IMG/VR virus record: IMGVR_UViG_3300032007_000017
Strand: one strand, 5' to 3'
Source: a virus
Lineage: Duplodnaviria > Caudoviricetes
DNA length: 64,000 nucleotides
Part shown: positions 19,107-28,131 of the stretch, one piece after another
Position numbering within the stretch: position 1 is the first letter of the stretch
Layout: every line of letters begins with the position of its first letter
The notes under the pieces: generated by a model
What the model was told of the DNA's origin: nothing
Seen by the model: only the letters and a program-made list of their open reading frames with translations
Database searches by the model: none
Made by a program: the position numbers and the translations under genes

Positions 19107-21311
19107 ATGGCTGTTGCATATGCTTCTACACAACGAGTGGTATATTATCATCACTCTACTTCTAATAAATCATTTATTGATATGGCTCTTTATCTAAAAG
19201 ATAAAGGTGTTCAACACTATGAATTCATGCTTCTTCTTTTAGATGCTGACTTAGCAGGAGTGGATCCACATAATCCTAATCTACCCACTGCTCTTAAGTC
19301 TAAAGTACTCAGAGAGGTCATATATAACCCTTGGTATTTTCTAAGAGAAGTTGTAAGAATTCCTACGGATGGTGCTCCTAAGGGTATTGCATTTATACTT
19401 CATAGGGGTAACTTGGCGATGCTATTCTGTCTGATGCTGAATATAAATACAATGTGTATACTACCACGTCAGACAGGAAAAACATACTGTGCAGTTGTAT
19501 GGTATCTATATCTATTTAACTTTGGTACTAGTGGTGCAGAAATTTCGTTCTTGAATAAGAAATTTGAAGACTCGAAGAACAACTTGCTTCGTATGAAGAC
19601 AACAAGAGATCTTCTTCCTTCTTATCTTCAGATGAATGCAATGTTTGCACCAGATGGATCTAAGCTTAAAGGTCGTAACTCTGTTGAGACAATGGAGCAT
19701 CCGATCAATGGCAATAAGATCCGTACTGTTCCTAGTGCTAGAGATAAGACTTCTGCTGCTTCTCTTATGCGTGGTCGTACTACGTCTATAGTCTATATCG
19801 ACGAGTATGCGTTCATTAAGCATAATAAGATCATCTATATGAACATGGTTCCTGCATGGAATACAGCAGCACATAATGCTAAGAATAACCATAGACCTTA
19901 TGGTATGCTTATTACCACAACGCCTGGAATGTTGGCTACTGAAGAAGGTCAATATTGCTATGATGTCATGGGTAATGCTACTCAATTCTCTGAGCAATGG
20001 TATAATCTTACTTATGCTGAGATTATGGATATTGTAGCAACTAATGAGCGTTCTACATTTGTCTTTATTCAATTCACTTACCAGCAGCTTGGTTATAGTG
20101 AAGCTTGGTTCAGACAACTCTGTAAGGATATGGAATTGAACTGGGATGACATCCGTCGAGAAGTTTTGCTCGAATGGTCTCCCTCTATTGAGAATTCTCC
20201 TTTCCGTAAGGAAGATCTCGATATGATTCGTAATCTTCTTAAGGCTCCGATAGGTTCATTTATGATCTTTAATAAGTATACTATCCTAGTATATGAACGT
20301 ATGGATCCAAGACATGTACCTATCCTTGGGGTGGACGTTGCCGGTGGATACTCTCATGATAGTTCTGCTATAACGATAGTTGATAGCTGGACTACTAAGG
20401 TAACTGCCGAGTTTAACTGTAACTGGATTCCTACATTGGATCTTGCTGCAGTTATTCAGGAAATCGTTTCTAAATATATGCCAAATGCAGTTGTTAATAT
20501 TGAGCGTAATGGTGGTTTTGGTGCTACTGTTATTGCTGCTCTATTAAGAACTAATATCAAACGTAATCTTTTCTTCTCTTTCAAAGATAGGGTTATTGAA
20601 GAGAGATATGGAGGACATGAAGTTGTTCGTAAGAAACAACTTACCAAAGTATATGGCTCTGACTCTACACATGAAGAAAGAGATAAGCTTATTGAAATTC
20701 TTAGATCTCGTGTGAATTTCCATAAGGATAAGATTATTTCTAAGACAATCTATGATGAACTCTGTGGTATGGAAGTGAAGAAGAATGGTCGTGTTGAACA
20801 CTCTTCTAATACTCACGATGACCAGGTGTTCTCTTGGTTGTGGGCACTTTACGTCATCTACGAAGGTGGAGACTTAATGCGTAACTGGGGTATCGAGCGT
20901 CATGAGATTCGTACTGATGCTGATCTTGAAGAAGCTGTTTATGACTTCGAACAAGGTAAAGAGCAAGTCAATCTCAATATGACTGGTGTTGATCTCGAAA
21001 CCCAGCAAATTGTTGATGAACAAATGAAAACTCTCGAGAATTCTCCTGGAAAGAAGATGTACAGAGAATGGCTCGAAGAGGAGAAAGCTAAAGATGCTGC
21101 TTGCTTAGCGAAACTTCTTAAGGATCCTAAAGCAAGAGAAGCATATGCTCGTGATATGCACTTAACTCTTGATGATGTAACTCCTGCTGCTGGAAGTTTG
21201 GATACTCTCCCCATGGATGTATTCCTAAACGGAGATCCTACAGAAACCCAGATAGATCAAGGAAATCTGTCATCTATGTTTTCTCGTATATCTCGTGTAT
21301 TTGGCAGATAA
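19107..21311 (+). CDS. terL: Terminase large subunit
   Basis: Walker A PRQTGKT, Walker B IVYIDE, motif III TTT, nuclease GVDVAGG and HDD. Confidence 0.93.
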   Translation: MAVAYASTQRVVYYHHSTSNKSFIDMALYLKDKGVQHYEFMLLLLDADLAGVDPHNPNLPTALKSKVLREVIYNPWYFLREVVRIPTDGAPKGIAFILHRGNLAMLFCLMLNINTMCILPRQTGKTYCAVVWYLYLFNFGTSGAEISFLNKKFEDSKNNLLRMKTTRDLLPSYLQMNAMFAPDGSKLKGRNSVETMEHPINGNKIRTVPSARDKTSAASLMRGRTTSIVYIDEYAFIKHNKIIYMNMVPAWNTAAHNAKNNHRPYGMLITTTPGMLATEEGQYCYDVMGNATQFSEQWYNLTYAEIMDIVATNERSTFVFIQFTYQQLGYSEAWFRQLCKDMELNWDDIRREVLLEWSPSIENSPFRKEDLDMIRNLLKAPIGSFMIFNKYTILVYERMDPRHVPILGVDVAGGYSHDSSAITIVDSWTTKVTAEFNCNWIPTLDLAAVIQEIVSKYMPNAVVNIERNGGFGATVIAALLRTNIKRNLFFSFKDRVIEERYGGHEVVRKKQLTKVYGSDSTHEERDKLIEILRSRVNFHKDKIISKTIYDELCGMEVKKNGRVEHSSNTHDDQVFSWLWALYVIYEGGDLMRNWGIERHEIRTDADLEEAVYDFEQGKEQVNLNMTGVDLETQQIVDEQMKTLENSPGKKMYREWLEEEKAKDAACLAKLLKDPKAREAYARDMHLTLDDVTPAAGSLDTLPMDVFLNGDPTETQIDQGNLSSMFSRISRVFGR

Positions 21312-21313
21312 AA

Positions 21314-21341
21314 AATAAAGGGTGCTGTTGCGCCCTTTATT
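21314..21341. terminator. Bidirectional terminator
   Basis: Hairpin between convergent terL and ORF 21670. Confidence 0.8.
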
Positions 21342-21358
21342 CTTTCCCCTTCTCCTTA

Positions 21359-21670
21359 TTAGGGATCGTGAGTTGGGTCAAATTCAAACCCGACAACGAC
21401 GTGAAAATCATCAAACCTGACGTATAACACTTGGTTCCGGAATACGATCTTGTAGCAGGTGTGATTGTCGGCGAATGCCTGATCTGTTTCTTTCGCGAAT
21501 CGCTCATGAATTGCGCTGATGTAGCTATCGGGTGTATATTCCAATCTTTCGATCCATGTGCTGGGGTCTGGCCTACCTTTTCTATAGCCGTAGCACTCTA
21601 CGGCTTTTGATGCATGGAGGATTTCCTTAACATAAGAATCCTTAACTTCAATATCAATGTTGCGCTTCAT
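21359..21670 (-). CDS. Hypothetical protein, putative early
   Basis: 103 aa, AAGGAG SD, early-type motif 21732-21746. Confidence 0.7.
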   Translation of the reverse strand: MKRNIDIEVKDSYVKEILHASKAVECYGYRKGRPDPSTWIERLEYTPDSYISAIHERFAKETDQAFADNHTCYKIVFRNQVLYVRFDDFHVVVGFEFDPTHDP

Positions 21671-21839
21671 GGTATTATTCTCCTTTTAAATTTAAGATAT
21701 AAGAGGACCATCACTTCCTTCTTATTCATGATTATAATGTGTAACTGAAAATAGTGACTTTTACGGGTTCTTAGAAATCATCAACATTCAAATAATCTGT
21801 ATAAGATTGACTATACTCTAAAAAATGGAGGAAATAAAT

Positions 21840-22772
21840 ATGGCTATGTTGTTTAGCGAGCATCAGGCTGCTTTGTTTGAAGGCAAGCAGGCTGAGGAAT
21901 ATAAGGCTAAGAAAGCCGAACAGGCTAAGAAAGATGCCGATTTTGGTAAAGAGCGTTTTAAAGCTGAGCCTGCTGTAAAGAGTAATAGAAAGTATAAAGG
22001 TATGGATGTCTATGAAGCTCCTAAGGGAGATGCATTTAAAAAGGGCAATGATTGGCATGGTAGGGTTAATGATGATAAATCTGAAGAAGATGTGATCGTC
22101 CCTGGAAATAAAATGACTAAAGATAATCCTAATTATCATCCTTATCTGCATCCTAAGAAGACAAAAGCTGCTAAAGATGAAGATAAAGAGCGTAATAAGA
22201 TCGCTGATGATAGAACTAGTAGGCATAATCGTATGAGTGGTAATGCTCTTAAGAATAATAAGTATGCTTTTGAGTATGCTAGAGATGCATCTCGTCGTCA
22301 TGAGCGTCGTCATCCGACTAAGGAGTCCTTTGGTATCTTTGCTGAGATGGTTGACACTGATGAGCCCACTCAGTATGGTGATCAGATGACTCGTGACGAT
22401 CTTGTTCCTGATGATGAGATCTGCAATGGAATTCAGCATCAGTATAATGGCATCGAAAAGACCGGTAATGGTATCGATGATAATGGTGCTCCTGTTGATG
22501 AATCTTATGGAATCTTTGAGCCTATGATGGAAGGTAAGCTAAAAGATCTTGATAAGAAACTTCGTGATAATAAGAGCAAACAAGCATCTGATGATGATCC
22601 TTTTAATGGAAAGTATAATGTTACTTCTCCGGATGGTTCTAGAACTGATAAATTCGGTTCTATGAAACGCCGCTTTGAAGTTGGCCCATATGCTACTGAT
22701 TGGAAAACTCCTTCTGAGAAGCATATTAAAAAGGCTTACGACAAAAAACGTAAGGAATACGGTTATGTTTAA
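21840..22772 (+). CDS. Highly charged putative internal head (poly)protein with repeated GIF..EGK motifs
   Basis: GGAGG SD before ATG 21840; late-type promoter 21783-21794; K/D/E-rich. Confidence 0.7.
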   Translation: MAMLFSEHQAALFEGKQAEEYKAKKAEQAKKDADFGKERFKAEPAVKSNRKYKGMDVYEAPKGDAFKKGNDWHGRVNDDKSEEDVIVPGNKMTKDNPNYHPYLHPKKTKAAKDEDKERNKIADDRTSRHNRMSGNALKNNKYAFEYARDASRRHERRHPTKESFGIFAEMVDTDEPTQYGDQMTRDDLVPDDEICNGIQHQYNGIEKTGNGIDDNGAPVDESYGIFEPMMEGKLKDLDKKLRDNKSKQASDDDPFNGKYNVTSPDGSRTDKFGSMKRRFEVGPYATDWKTPSEKHIKKAYDKKRKEYGYV

Positions 22773-22778
22773 CCAAAA

Positions 22779-22804
22779 AAGAGAACCCCGAAAGGGGTTC
22801 TCTT
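22779..22804. terminator. Bidirectional terminator
   Basis: 11-bp stem, GAAA loop, convergent genes. Confidence 0.85.
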
Positions 22805-22809
22805 ATATT

Positions 22810-23349
22810 TTAGATGAATTTAGAGAAGATACTATTCTCCTGGGTAGCAGTAGCAGAAGTCTTAGCATCTGCAGGATCATTGCCAGGATCAGTAGGAGCA
22901 TCAGCTCCATTTTGAGTGCTTCCGCCAGCAACATTTCCAGTATTCTGAGTTTCAAGAATATCAGAAAAGATACCAGCTTCTTCTTTAGTTGGATGACGAC
23001 GATCATGACGGCTAATTGCTTTAACAGCATTGTCTTTTGTATCGCTATCACGCCACATGTTTACATAGTTATTCATCGCTTTTTGACCTTTTTCCTTGGA
23101 TTTTTTAAGGTCATCAATATTTTTTGAAAGACGTTCAGCCTGATATTTAATATGATCATCACTAGCTCCCTGAACTTTACGCTTTGTATCATATATATCT
23201 TTGGCTACTTTATTACGCTTATCGGTATACTCATTAGCAGCATTATTAGCATTAATGCGGCGCTTTGTAAATTCTTTTTTATATTTTTCTTTTGCTTTTT
23301 CATCATCCTTACCTTCAAGCAAGGGAGTAAAAATTCCATATTCAGACAT
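22810..23349 (-). CDS. Charged putative internal head protein, paralogous to ORF 21840
   Basis: Shares RHxRRHPTKE..GIF and GIF..EGK motifs; late-type promoter 23385-23396. Confidence 0.7.
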   Translation of the reverse strand: MSEYGIFTPLLEGKDDEKAKEKYKKEFTKRRINANNAANEYTDKRNKVAKDIYDTKRKVQGASDDHIKYQAERLSKNIDDLKKSKEKGQKAMNNYVNMWRDSDTKDNAVKAISRHDRRHPTKEEAGIFSDILETQNTGNVAGGSTQNGADAPTDPGNDPADAKTSATATQENSIFSKFI

Positions 23350-23384
23350 TTATATATACTCCTTTCAGGTAAAATACCTTAGAT

Positions 23385-23409
23385 TATTTAGTTGTTCAAC
23401 ATTTCAATA
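23385..23409. promoter_or_regulatory. Back-to-back divergent late-type promoters
   Basis: TA-N6-TGTT, one C, then AACA-N6-TA. Confidence 0.8.
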
Positions 23410-23431
23410 ATCTAAGTAAGGAGATGATTTT

Positions 23432-24199
23432 ATGGCTCCTATGAATAAGATGACTAATCTGCTCAATAAGATTGAGAGACGTTTAGGAACCAAAATGCTG
23501 AATCTTCCTGATGAACTCTCTAAAGATGAGTGGGCTAAAGTCATTGATGAAGACTCTTTAACTACTTTTTCTCGTTTCTTTCCTAATCAGATGACTATCA
23601 TTCTTGGGCCCGATCTTAAGAAACAAGATGGATGGTATCTGATTGATGAGTATATTCCTGATAATGTTGAAATCTTAGGAATTCGTGATATAGATTTCCC
23701 TATGCTTTCTCAAGATGCATCTACTCAGCATGATGCATATGGGTTTGGTATCTATTCTGTCCTTCCGACTGATTATTCTTATGATGATATTGCTGCTATT
23801 CAGATGAGAGCAGATTTAACTTCTATCTTTTTGAATCAGATCTTTGTCAAGTACAAAGCTCCTAATATGATTCGTTTGGAATCAAATTATCATACGGATG
23901 TCACTCGTGGATTTAAGAATTATCCTCTCCATCTTTTGATTAAGCATGCACCTAATCTGATGACGATTCCTCCTACCATGATGGAAACATTTGAGAATCT
24001 TGCTACTGCCGATGTAGCTAAATTCCTTCATGGTAATCTTAAGTACTTTGATGGAGCAGAAACAGTCTATGCAAATCTCGATCTTAAACTTCAAGACTTA
24101 GAACAAGAAGCTAATAAGAGAGATGATATTGTAAAAGAACTTGATGATGCTCATGTCTCTGCTGCAAATCAGAATCAGCCTTTGATTCTCTGTGTATAA
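23432..24199 (+). CDS. Putative neck/head-completion protein
   Basis: 255 aa; N-terminal 'IERRLG' and overall layout reminiscent of T4 gp13-type neck proteins; late-type promoter 23398-23409. Confidence 0.55.
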   Translation: MAPMNKMTNLLNKIERRLGTKMLNLPDELSKDEWAKVIDEDSLTTFSRFFPNQMTIILGPDLKKQDGWYLIDEYIPDNVEILGIRDIDFPMLSQDASTQHDAYGFGIYSVLPTDYSYDDIAAIQMRADLTSIFLNQIFVKYKAPNMIRLESNYHTDVTRGFKNYPLHLLIKHAPNLMTIPPTMMETFENLATADVAKFLHGNLKYFDGAETVYANLDLKLQDLEQEANKRDDIVKELDDAHVSAANQNQPLILCV

Positions 24200-24212
24200 A
24201 AATAAACTAAAT

Positions 24213-24257
24213 TCAACAAATTGATAAAGGACCGGCCAGTCCCGGTCCTTTATCTTT
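24213..24257 (+). repeat. 45-nt promoter plus hairpin element, copy 1
   Basis: 43/45 identical to 49674-49718; the two differences are paired with each other in the stem. Confidence 0.95.
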
Positions 24258-24444
24258 GACAAATAAGCATTAGGGTTATAATATCTTGACATGTTATGTC
24301 CTCCATTTATAAATATTTATATTTGAAGGACCTCCTATTCGAGTCAATAGAAGTGATAGTGGTATGACTGGCTACCACTATCACTTCTATTCATTCTTAT
24401 GGATCATATAAAAAAGAAAAACCGAGGGATTTCTCCCTCGGTTT
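24226..24444 (+). ncRNA. Candidate structured late RNA A: 5' hairpin, anti-SD region, 19-bp hairpin
   Basis: AACA-N6-TA at 24215-24226; hairpins 24223-24254 and 24346-24391 have complementary loops; 3' end uncertain. Confidence 0.5.
24419..24444 (-). terminator. Intrinsic terminator, possibly bidirectional
   Basis: 11-bp stem plus U tail. Confidence 0.8.
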
Positions 24445-25084
24445 ATAAGTATGTGTGTAGTAATCTTGTGAGTAAAATAGCATTGCCAATATCAGCAGCA
24501 GGACTATATTTGATGAAAACTCTACCATCTTTTATATAAGACCCTTCAAAATGATCAATCAATTTATTTATAATATACTGATTGATACTAATTGTAATAA
24601 ATGAGTCTTTTGAATATCCTGTATTGATATTAAATGATAGATAAGACATCTTATGCAGTCCCATAAGCATTGCTTTATATTCTTTTGGATACTTATTATG
24701 GATATCTAAAGCACTAGCAATAGATGCATCCATGCGAATAAGCTGTGGATCGGTTCGATATCCACCATCCCCAAGAAATTCAATCCAATGCTGTTCATAT
24801 ATTGGAATAATTTCATCAATTATTCTTACATTAAGAGTATGGACAAATGCAGCTTTCGTTTGATCATCATGAACAAGCTGATCATATAACTCCTTTGTAT
24901 CATTTAGAGCTTTTAAACGAGCTTGATTTGTTAGACCTCTTAAAAGCTGATTGGTTGTTGCTTCATCGGTTATTTTACCATGTTTTTTATTAGCCGTTGA
25001 TAGTGCTGTTGATGCATAAGCTTCTATAATAACTGATTCAGGATCAGAAGCATCATAAAATGAATAATGCCCTACACTATACAT
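24443..25084 (-). CDS. Hypothetical protein
   Basis: 213-aa ORF, GGAGG SD within the end of the upstream gene. Confidence 0.75.
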   Translation of the reverse strand: MYSVGHYSFYDASDPESVIIEAYASTALSTANKKHGKITDEATTNQLLRGLTNQARLKALNDTKELYDQLVHDDQTKAAFVHTLNVRIIDEIIPIYEQHWIEFLGDGGYRTDPQLIRMDASIASALDIHNKYPKEYKAMLMGLHKMSYLSFNINTGYSKDSFITISINQYIINKLIDHFEGSYIKDGRVFIKYSPAADIGNAILLTRLLHTYL

Positions 25085-25086
25085 TA

Positions 25087-25863
25087 TTATAAGTCCTCCA
25101 ATTTCTTAACACCGCCAATCAATCTTCCTTCAATAGAAGTATTGGTTTTCTTTACTTTCTCTTCTTCATTCAATGCAGGAAGTTGATGGTTATTAGCCGC
25201 ATCATCAAGATCCACTCTATTAGTTCCAAGAGGAATCCCCATAGATGCTACCATGATCTGAGCACTAATAAATGGATTAAATCCATCTAATGCTGTCTTT
25301 AAAGCAAACAATTGATCTACTGTCATAGTATAGTCAACTGCATCTCTTCCATTATCAAGTTCAATTGCAATACCTGGCATTTGAGAATTTCCAACGCCTA
25401 TTACAACTGGATTAAACATGAGAGATACTCCACTAGGAAGATCTTGTAATCCTATTCTAGGAACATTGGTCATTCCAAGTACCATCTCATTATTATTTTT
25501 AGCAAATAGCTTACTATATTTACTAGAAGTAAACCATTGAATCATTTCATCGATTCTTTGTTTTAGAATATAGAAATCACTTAATCCAATTCTAATAAAG
25601 AATTTATCACGATCTTTTGGTTTAAGTACTTCTTCTAAGCTTATATAATAATCAAACCCTCGTTTAATAGATACTCTTTTATATCCTTGAAGAGTATACT
25701 CATATTCTTTATAAAAGAAGTATCTATTATCATTAAATGACTTAGCGAGAGCTACATTTATTCTTAAAATCAGTCCACGTCCAACGTGAATGATGTCATC
25801 ACTAAATTTCTCAAATTTAATTATCTCGAATGGTTCATAGAAATTACGTTCGTTTTCTTTCAT
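25087..25863 (-). CDS. Hypothetical protein, putative early
   Basis: 258-aa ORF, GAGGTG SD, early-type motif 25881-25896. Confidence 0.8.
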   Translation of the reverse strand: MKENERNFYEPFEIIKFEKFSDDIIHVGRGLILRINVALAKSFNDNRYFFYKEYEYTLQGYKRVSIKRGFDYYISLEEVLKPKDRDKFFIRIGLSDFYILKQRIDEMIQWFTSSKYSKLFAKNNNEMVLGMTNVPRIGLQDLPSGVSLMFNPVVIGVGNSQMPGIAIELDNGRDAVDYTMTVDQLFALKTALDGFNPFISAQIMVASMGIPLGTNRVDLDDAANNHQLPALNEEEKVKKTNTSIEGRLIGGVKKLEDL

Positions 25864-25907
25864 TACTATTACACCTCATGGTAATAATATCCAATTATAA
25901 AAAAGAA

Positions 25908-25933
25908 AAGCCCTGGGTTTTATCCCAGGGCTT
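25908..25933 (-). terminator. Intrinsic terminator
   Basis: 10-bp stem plus U tail. Confidence 0.8.
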
Positions 25934-25991
25934 GTTCTTTCTACCCTACTATGCTGTTGCCGATGTTGTAGAAAACCATTGGCGAGTAGGG

Positions 25992-26171
25992 TTATGCGAG
26001 CCCAAGCGCTGCGAAAAATGCAGCCGCGGGATCTGCCTCTTCCTTGTTGGGGTAAGCGATCTTCGCGGCGTTGATCAACGCCATACGCTCCTCATGGGAC
26101 TTGGACTGATAGTCAACAGACTTCAGCCACTTAAGGGCCTCCATGGAGAGAAGTTCACCGTCATGCGACAT
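25992..26171 (-). CDS. Small hypothetical protein (MSHDGELL..., 59 aa)
   Basis: AGGAGG SD; start overlaps the stop of the upstream ORF. Confidence 0.6.
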   Translation of the reverse strand: MSHDGELLSMEALKWLKSVDYQSKSHEERMALINAAKIAYPNKEEADPAAAFFAALGLA

Positions 26172-28059
26172 TTTCTTTCTTATCCTCCTTTTTATCTGGT
26201 TTCTTTTCGGACTTGTTCTGCTCTGTCTTTTCCTCCTTCTTTTTCTTCTGTTCAGACTTCTCCTTCTTGGCATTCAGCTTCTTGGTATACCATTCAGGAG
26301 CTGCCGCACCATCGAATACAATATCAAGATCATACTTGATATCGGTACCGGTATTGCTGTTAATGAGAACAGTATGACCATCCTCAATGGTGGGGGTACA
26401 ATAGATATCGACCCTCCTACGTTTCATAATATTCGGGACGAGGTAATTATCGTCGACACCATCATTTGTCAGTACGAATGTCTGCTTATCATCAAGGATA
26501 TTGACGAAGTTGAATCGGCCATAAGCCGGATCCAACTTTGTTGCCATTCTGATGCAAGCGCCGCGAATGATGTTCTTCTCCGCAGCTCCCATATCTTTAA
26601 AGGACATGCTGCGAAGATTGATTCTCCTATTGGTGATAAGCATCCTTTCGTTGTACAGGATGCTTGCTTTGCGAGTCGGTTCATCGAGTCCGTTCAAGCC
26701 ATATTTGAAGAGCTTGTCCATGAACTCTTCATCAAGCTCGCGGATCTTTCCCTTGTCTTTGAACAGAGAATAGACTACCTGGGCATCTTCCAGGACACTA
26801 TAGGTTCCATCCGGGTTTGCAATGGGCCAAATGCCATACCGATTGTCGATCACCTTTCCAAAGTCGATGATGAATGACTTATCGGGGAGGTATACGAGGT
26901 TCCCGTTGTTGAATGTTCTGACGAACAATAGTGCAAGCTGTTGGTTATTATCGAGGATAACCTCCGGATGGATCAAATAGCCATTGCCGTTAGCAATGGT
27001 CATGATCTTATTGATCCACGGATACTTTCCGAGGACGCTACCGAGATATTCAGCCTCCTGCTGGGTTATGGGCTGAAAGGCAGATGCCACAGGATCATGC
27101 TTCGGTACGTCCATGCGGTTCTGTGTGATGAAATCGGGAGCCTGTTTATCAGAATATACTCCGCCATTCAAGTCCCCACGGAAAGCTTCCGGGAAACTCT
27201 TCCCTCCCAAAGGGTCGATCGGGTTTACATCAACTTTCTGGTTCATAAACCATGCGAAGGGATTGTTAGGATCATCAGTAATCGAAGTGAACGCCGCCTT
27301 CTTCTGAGGCTCAGTCTTTGCTTCCTCAGCCTTGGGCTCTTCAGTCTTAGATTCTTCCTTCTTCTCCTCGGACTTGGCTTCGTCCTTGGGATCCTCAGTC
27401 TTGGCCTTTTTCGGACCAGACTTAATGTCATCTTTCTTGATGCCGCTGACAGCATCATTGATCTTGCTGATTTTCAGCTTTTTCGCCTCTCGGATTCCAT
27501 CCTGGATCTTATCGGCCGCCTTGGTGATGGAATTGGAATCGCCGACTGCCAAAATTCCGATTGCCTCATCAAGAGCCTTACTGAACTCTTTCAGCGGAGT
27601 TTCATAGGGCTTGATTGCGGGAGCAAGAGTCATCAGCTTGGTGATGCTCTGAAAATCAGGCAAGTATCGTTTCAGGACTTCTGCACAAGTCCTGACAATA
27701 TCCTTAGCCTTCTCTAGCCGGTCGAGAGGGAGAACTTTAGCTGCGGACATCATGATTGAGACGACCTCAAGGGCCTTCTCAAAGACCTCGTCTTCGTCCT
27801 CGGCTTCCATGTCAAGCATGGATTTGTCGAAAGCGAAGCTGTCTCTGACCTTCAGCAGTTCATTACTGAAAGCCACAGTCTGGAACTCTTCAGTTCCGAT
27901 AATGGGGCGCTGACCTTGGAACGATTCCCGTTCAGCTTTCGTCGGGCGCTTCCAACCGTCGTAGATGATGCCAAGCTCATTGGCTTCCTCTACAGTGTTG
28001 GTGCCGAACATTTTGTCGAACACGCTCCAGGTACTCGGGTCCACGATTCTAATAGACAT
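26161..28059 (-). CDS. Large hypothetical protein, putative highly expressed early gene
   Basis: 632 aa, GAGGAGG SD, early-type motif 28116-28131, visibly GC-richer codons, K/E-rich linker and tail. Confidence 0.85.
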   Translation of the reverse strand: MSIRIVDPSTWSVFDKMFGTNTVEEANELGIIYDGWKRPTKAERESFQGQRPIIGTEEFQTVAFSNELLKVRDSFAFDKSMLDMEAEDEDEVFEKALEVVSIMMSAAKVLPLDRLEKAKDIVRTCAEVLKRYLPDFQSITKLMTLAPAIKPYETPLKEFSKALDEAIGILAVGDSNSITKAADKIQDGIREAKKLKISKINDAVSGIKKDDIKSGPKKAKTEDPKDEAKSEEKKEESKTEEPKAEEAKTEPQKKAAFTSITDDPNNPFAWFMNQKVDVNPIDPLGGKSFPEAFRGDLNGGVYSDKQAPDFITQNRMDVPKHDPVASAFQPITQQEAEYLGSVLGKYPWINKIMTIANGNGYLIHPEVILDNNQQLALLFVRTFNNGNLVYLPDKSFIIDFGKVIDNRYGIWPIANPDGTYSVLEDAQVVYSLFKDKGKIRELDEEFMDKLFKYGLNGLDEPTRKASILYNERMLITNRRINLRSMSFKDMGAAEKNIIRGACIRMATKLDPAYGRFNFVNILDDKQTFVLTNDGVDDNYLVPNIMKRRRVDIYCTPTIEDGHTVLINSNTGTDIKYDLDIVFDGAAAPEWYTKKLNAKKEKSEQKKKKEEKTEQNKSEKKPDKKEDKKENVA

Positions 28060-28115
28060 AAAAATGTCCTCCTCTTAATAAGATATAGAGAGGCCGTGGA
28101 AGCCTCTCTACTCAA

Positions 28116-28131
28116 TATAATAATATACAAT
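28116..28131 (-). promoter_or_regulatory. Putative early promoter, TATATTAT-type (representative copy)
   Basis: ATTGTATATTATTATA, identical at 775-790; related copies at 21732, 25881, 30261, 32257, 58514, all upstream of non-structural genes. Confidence 0.65.

Noticed and set aside
24098-24292. 64-aa minus-strand ORF with a good SD, considered as a type I toxin
   Set aside because: It runs through the conserved hairpin and antisense into the neck gene, so its hydrophobic tail is probably a by-product. Not called as a CDS, though not excluded.
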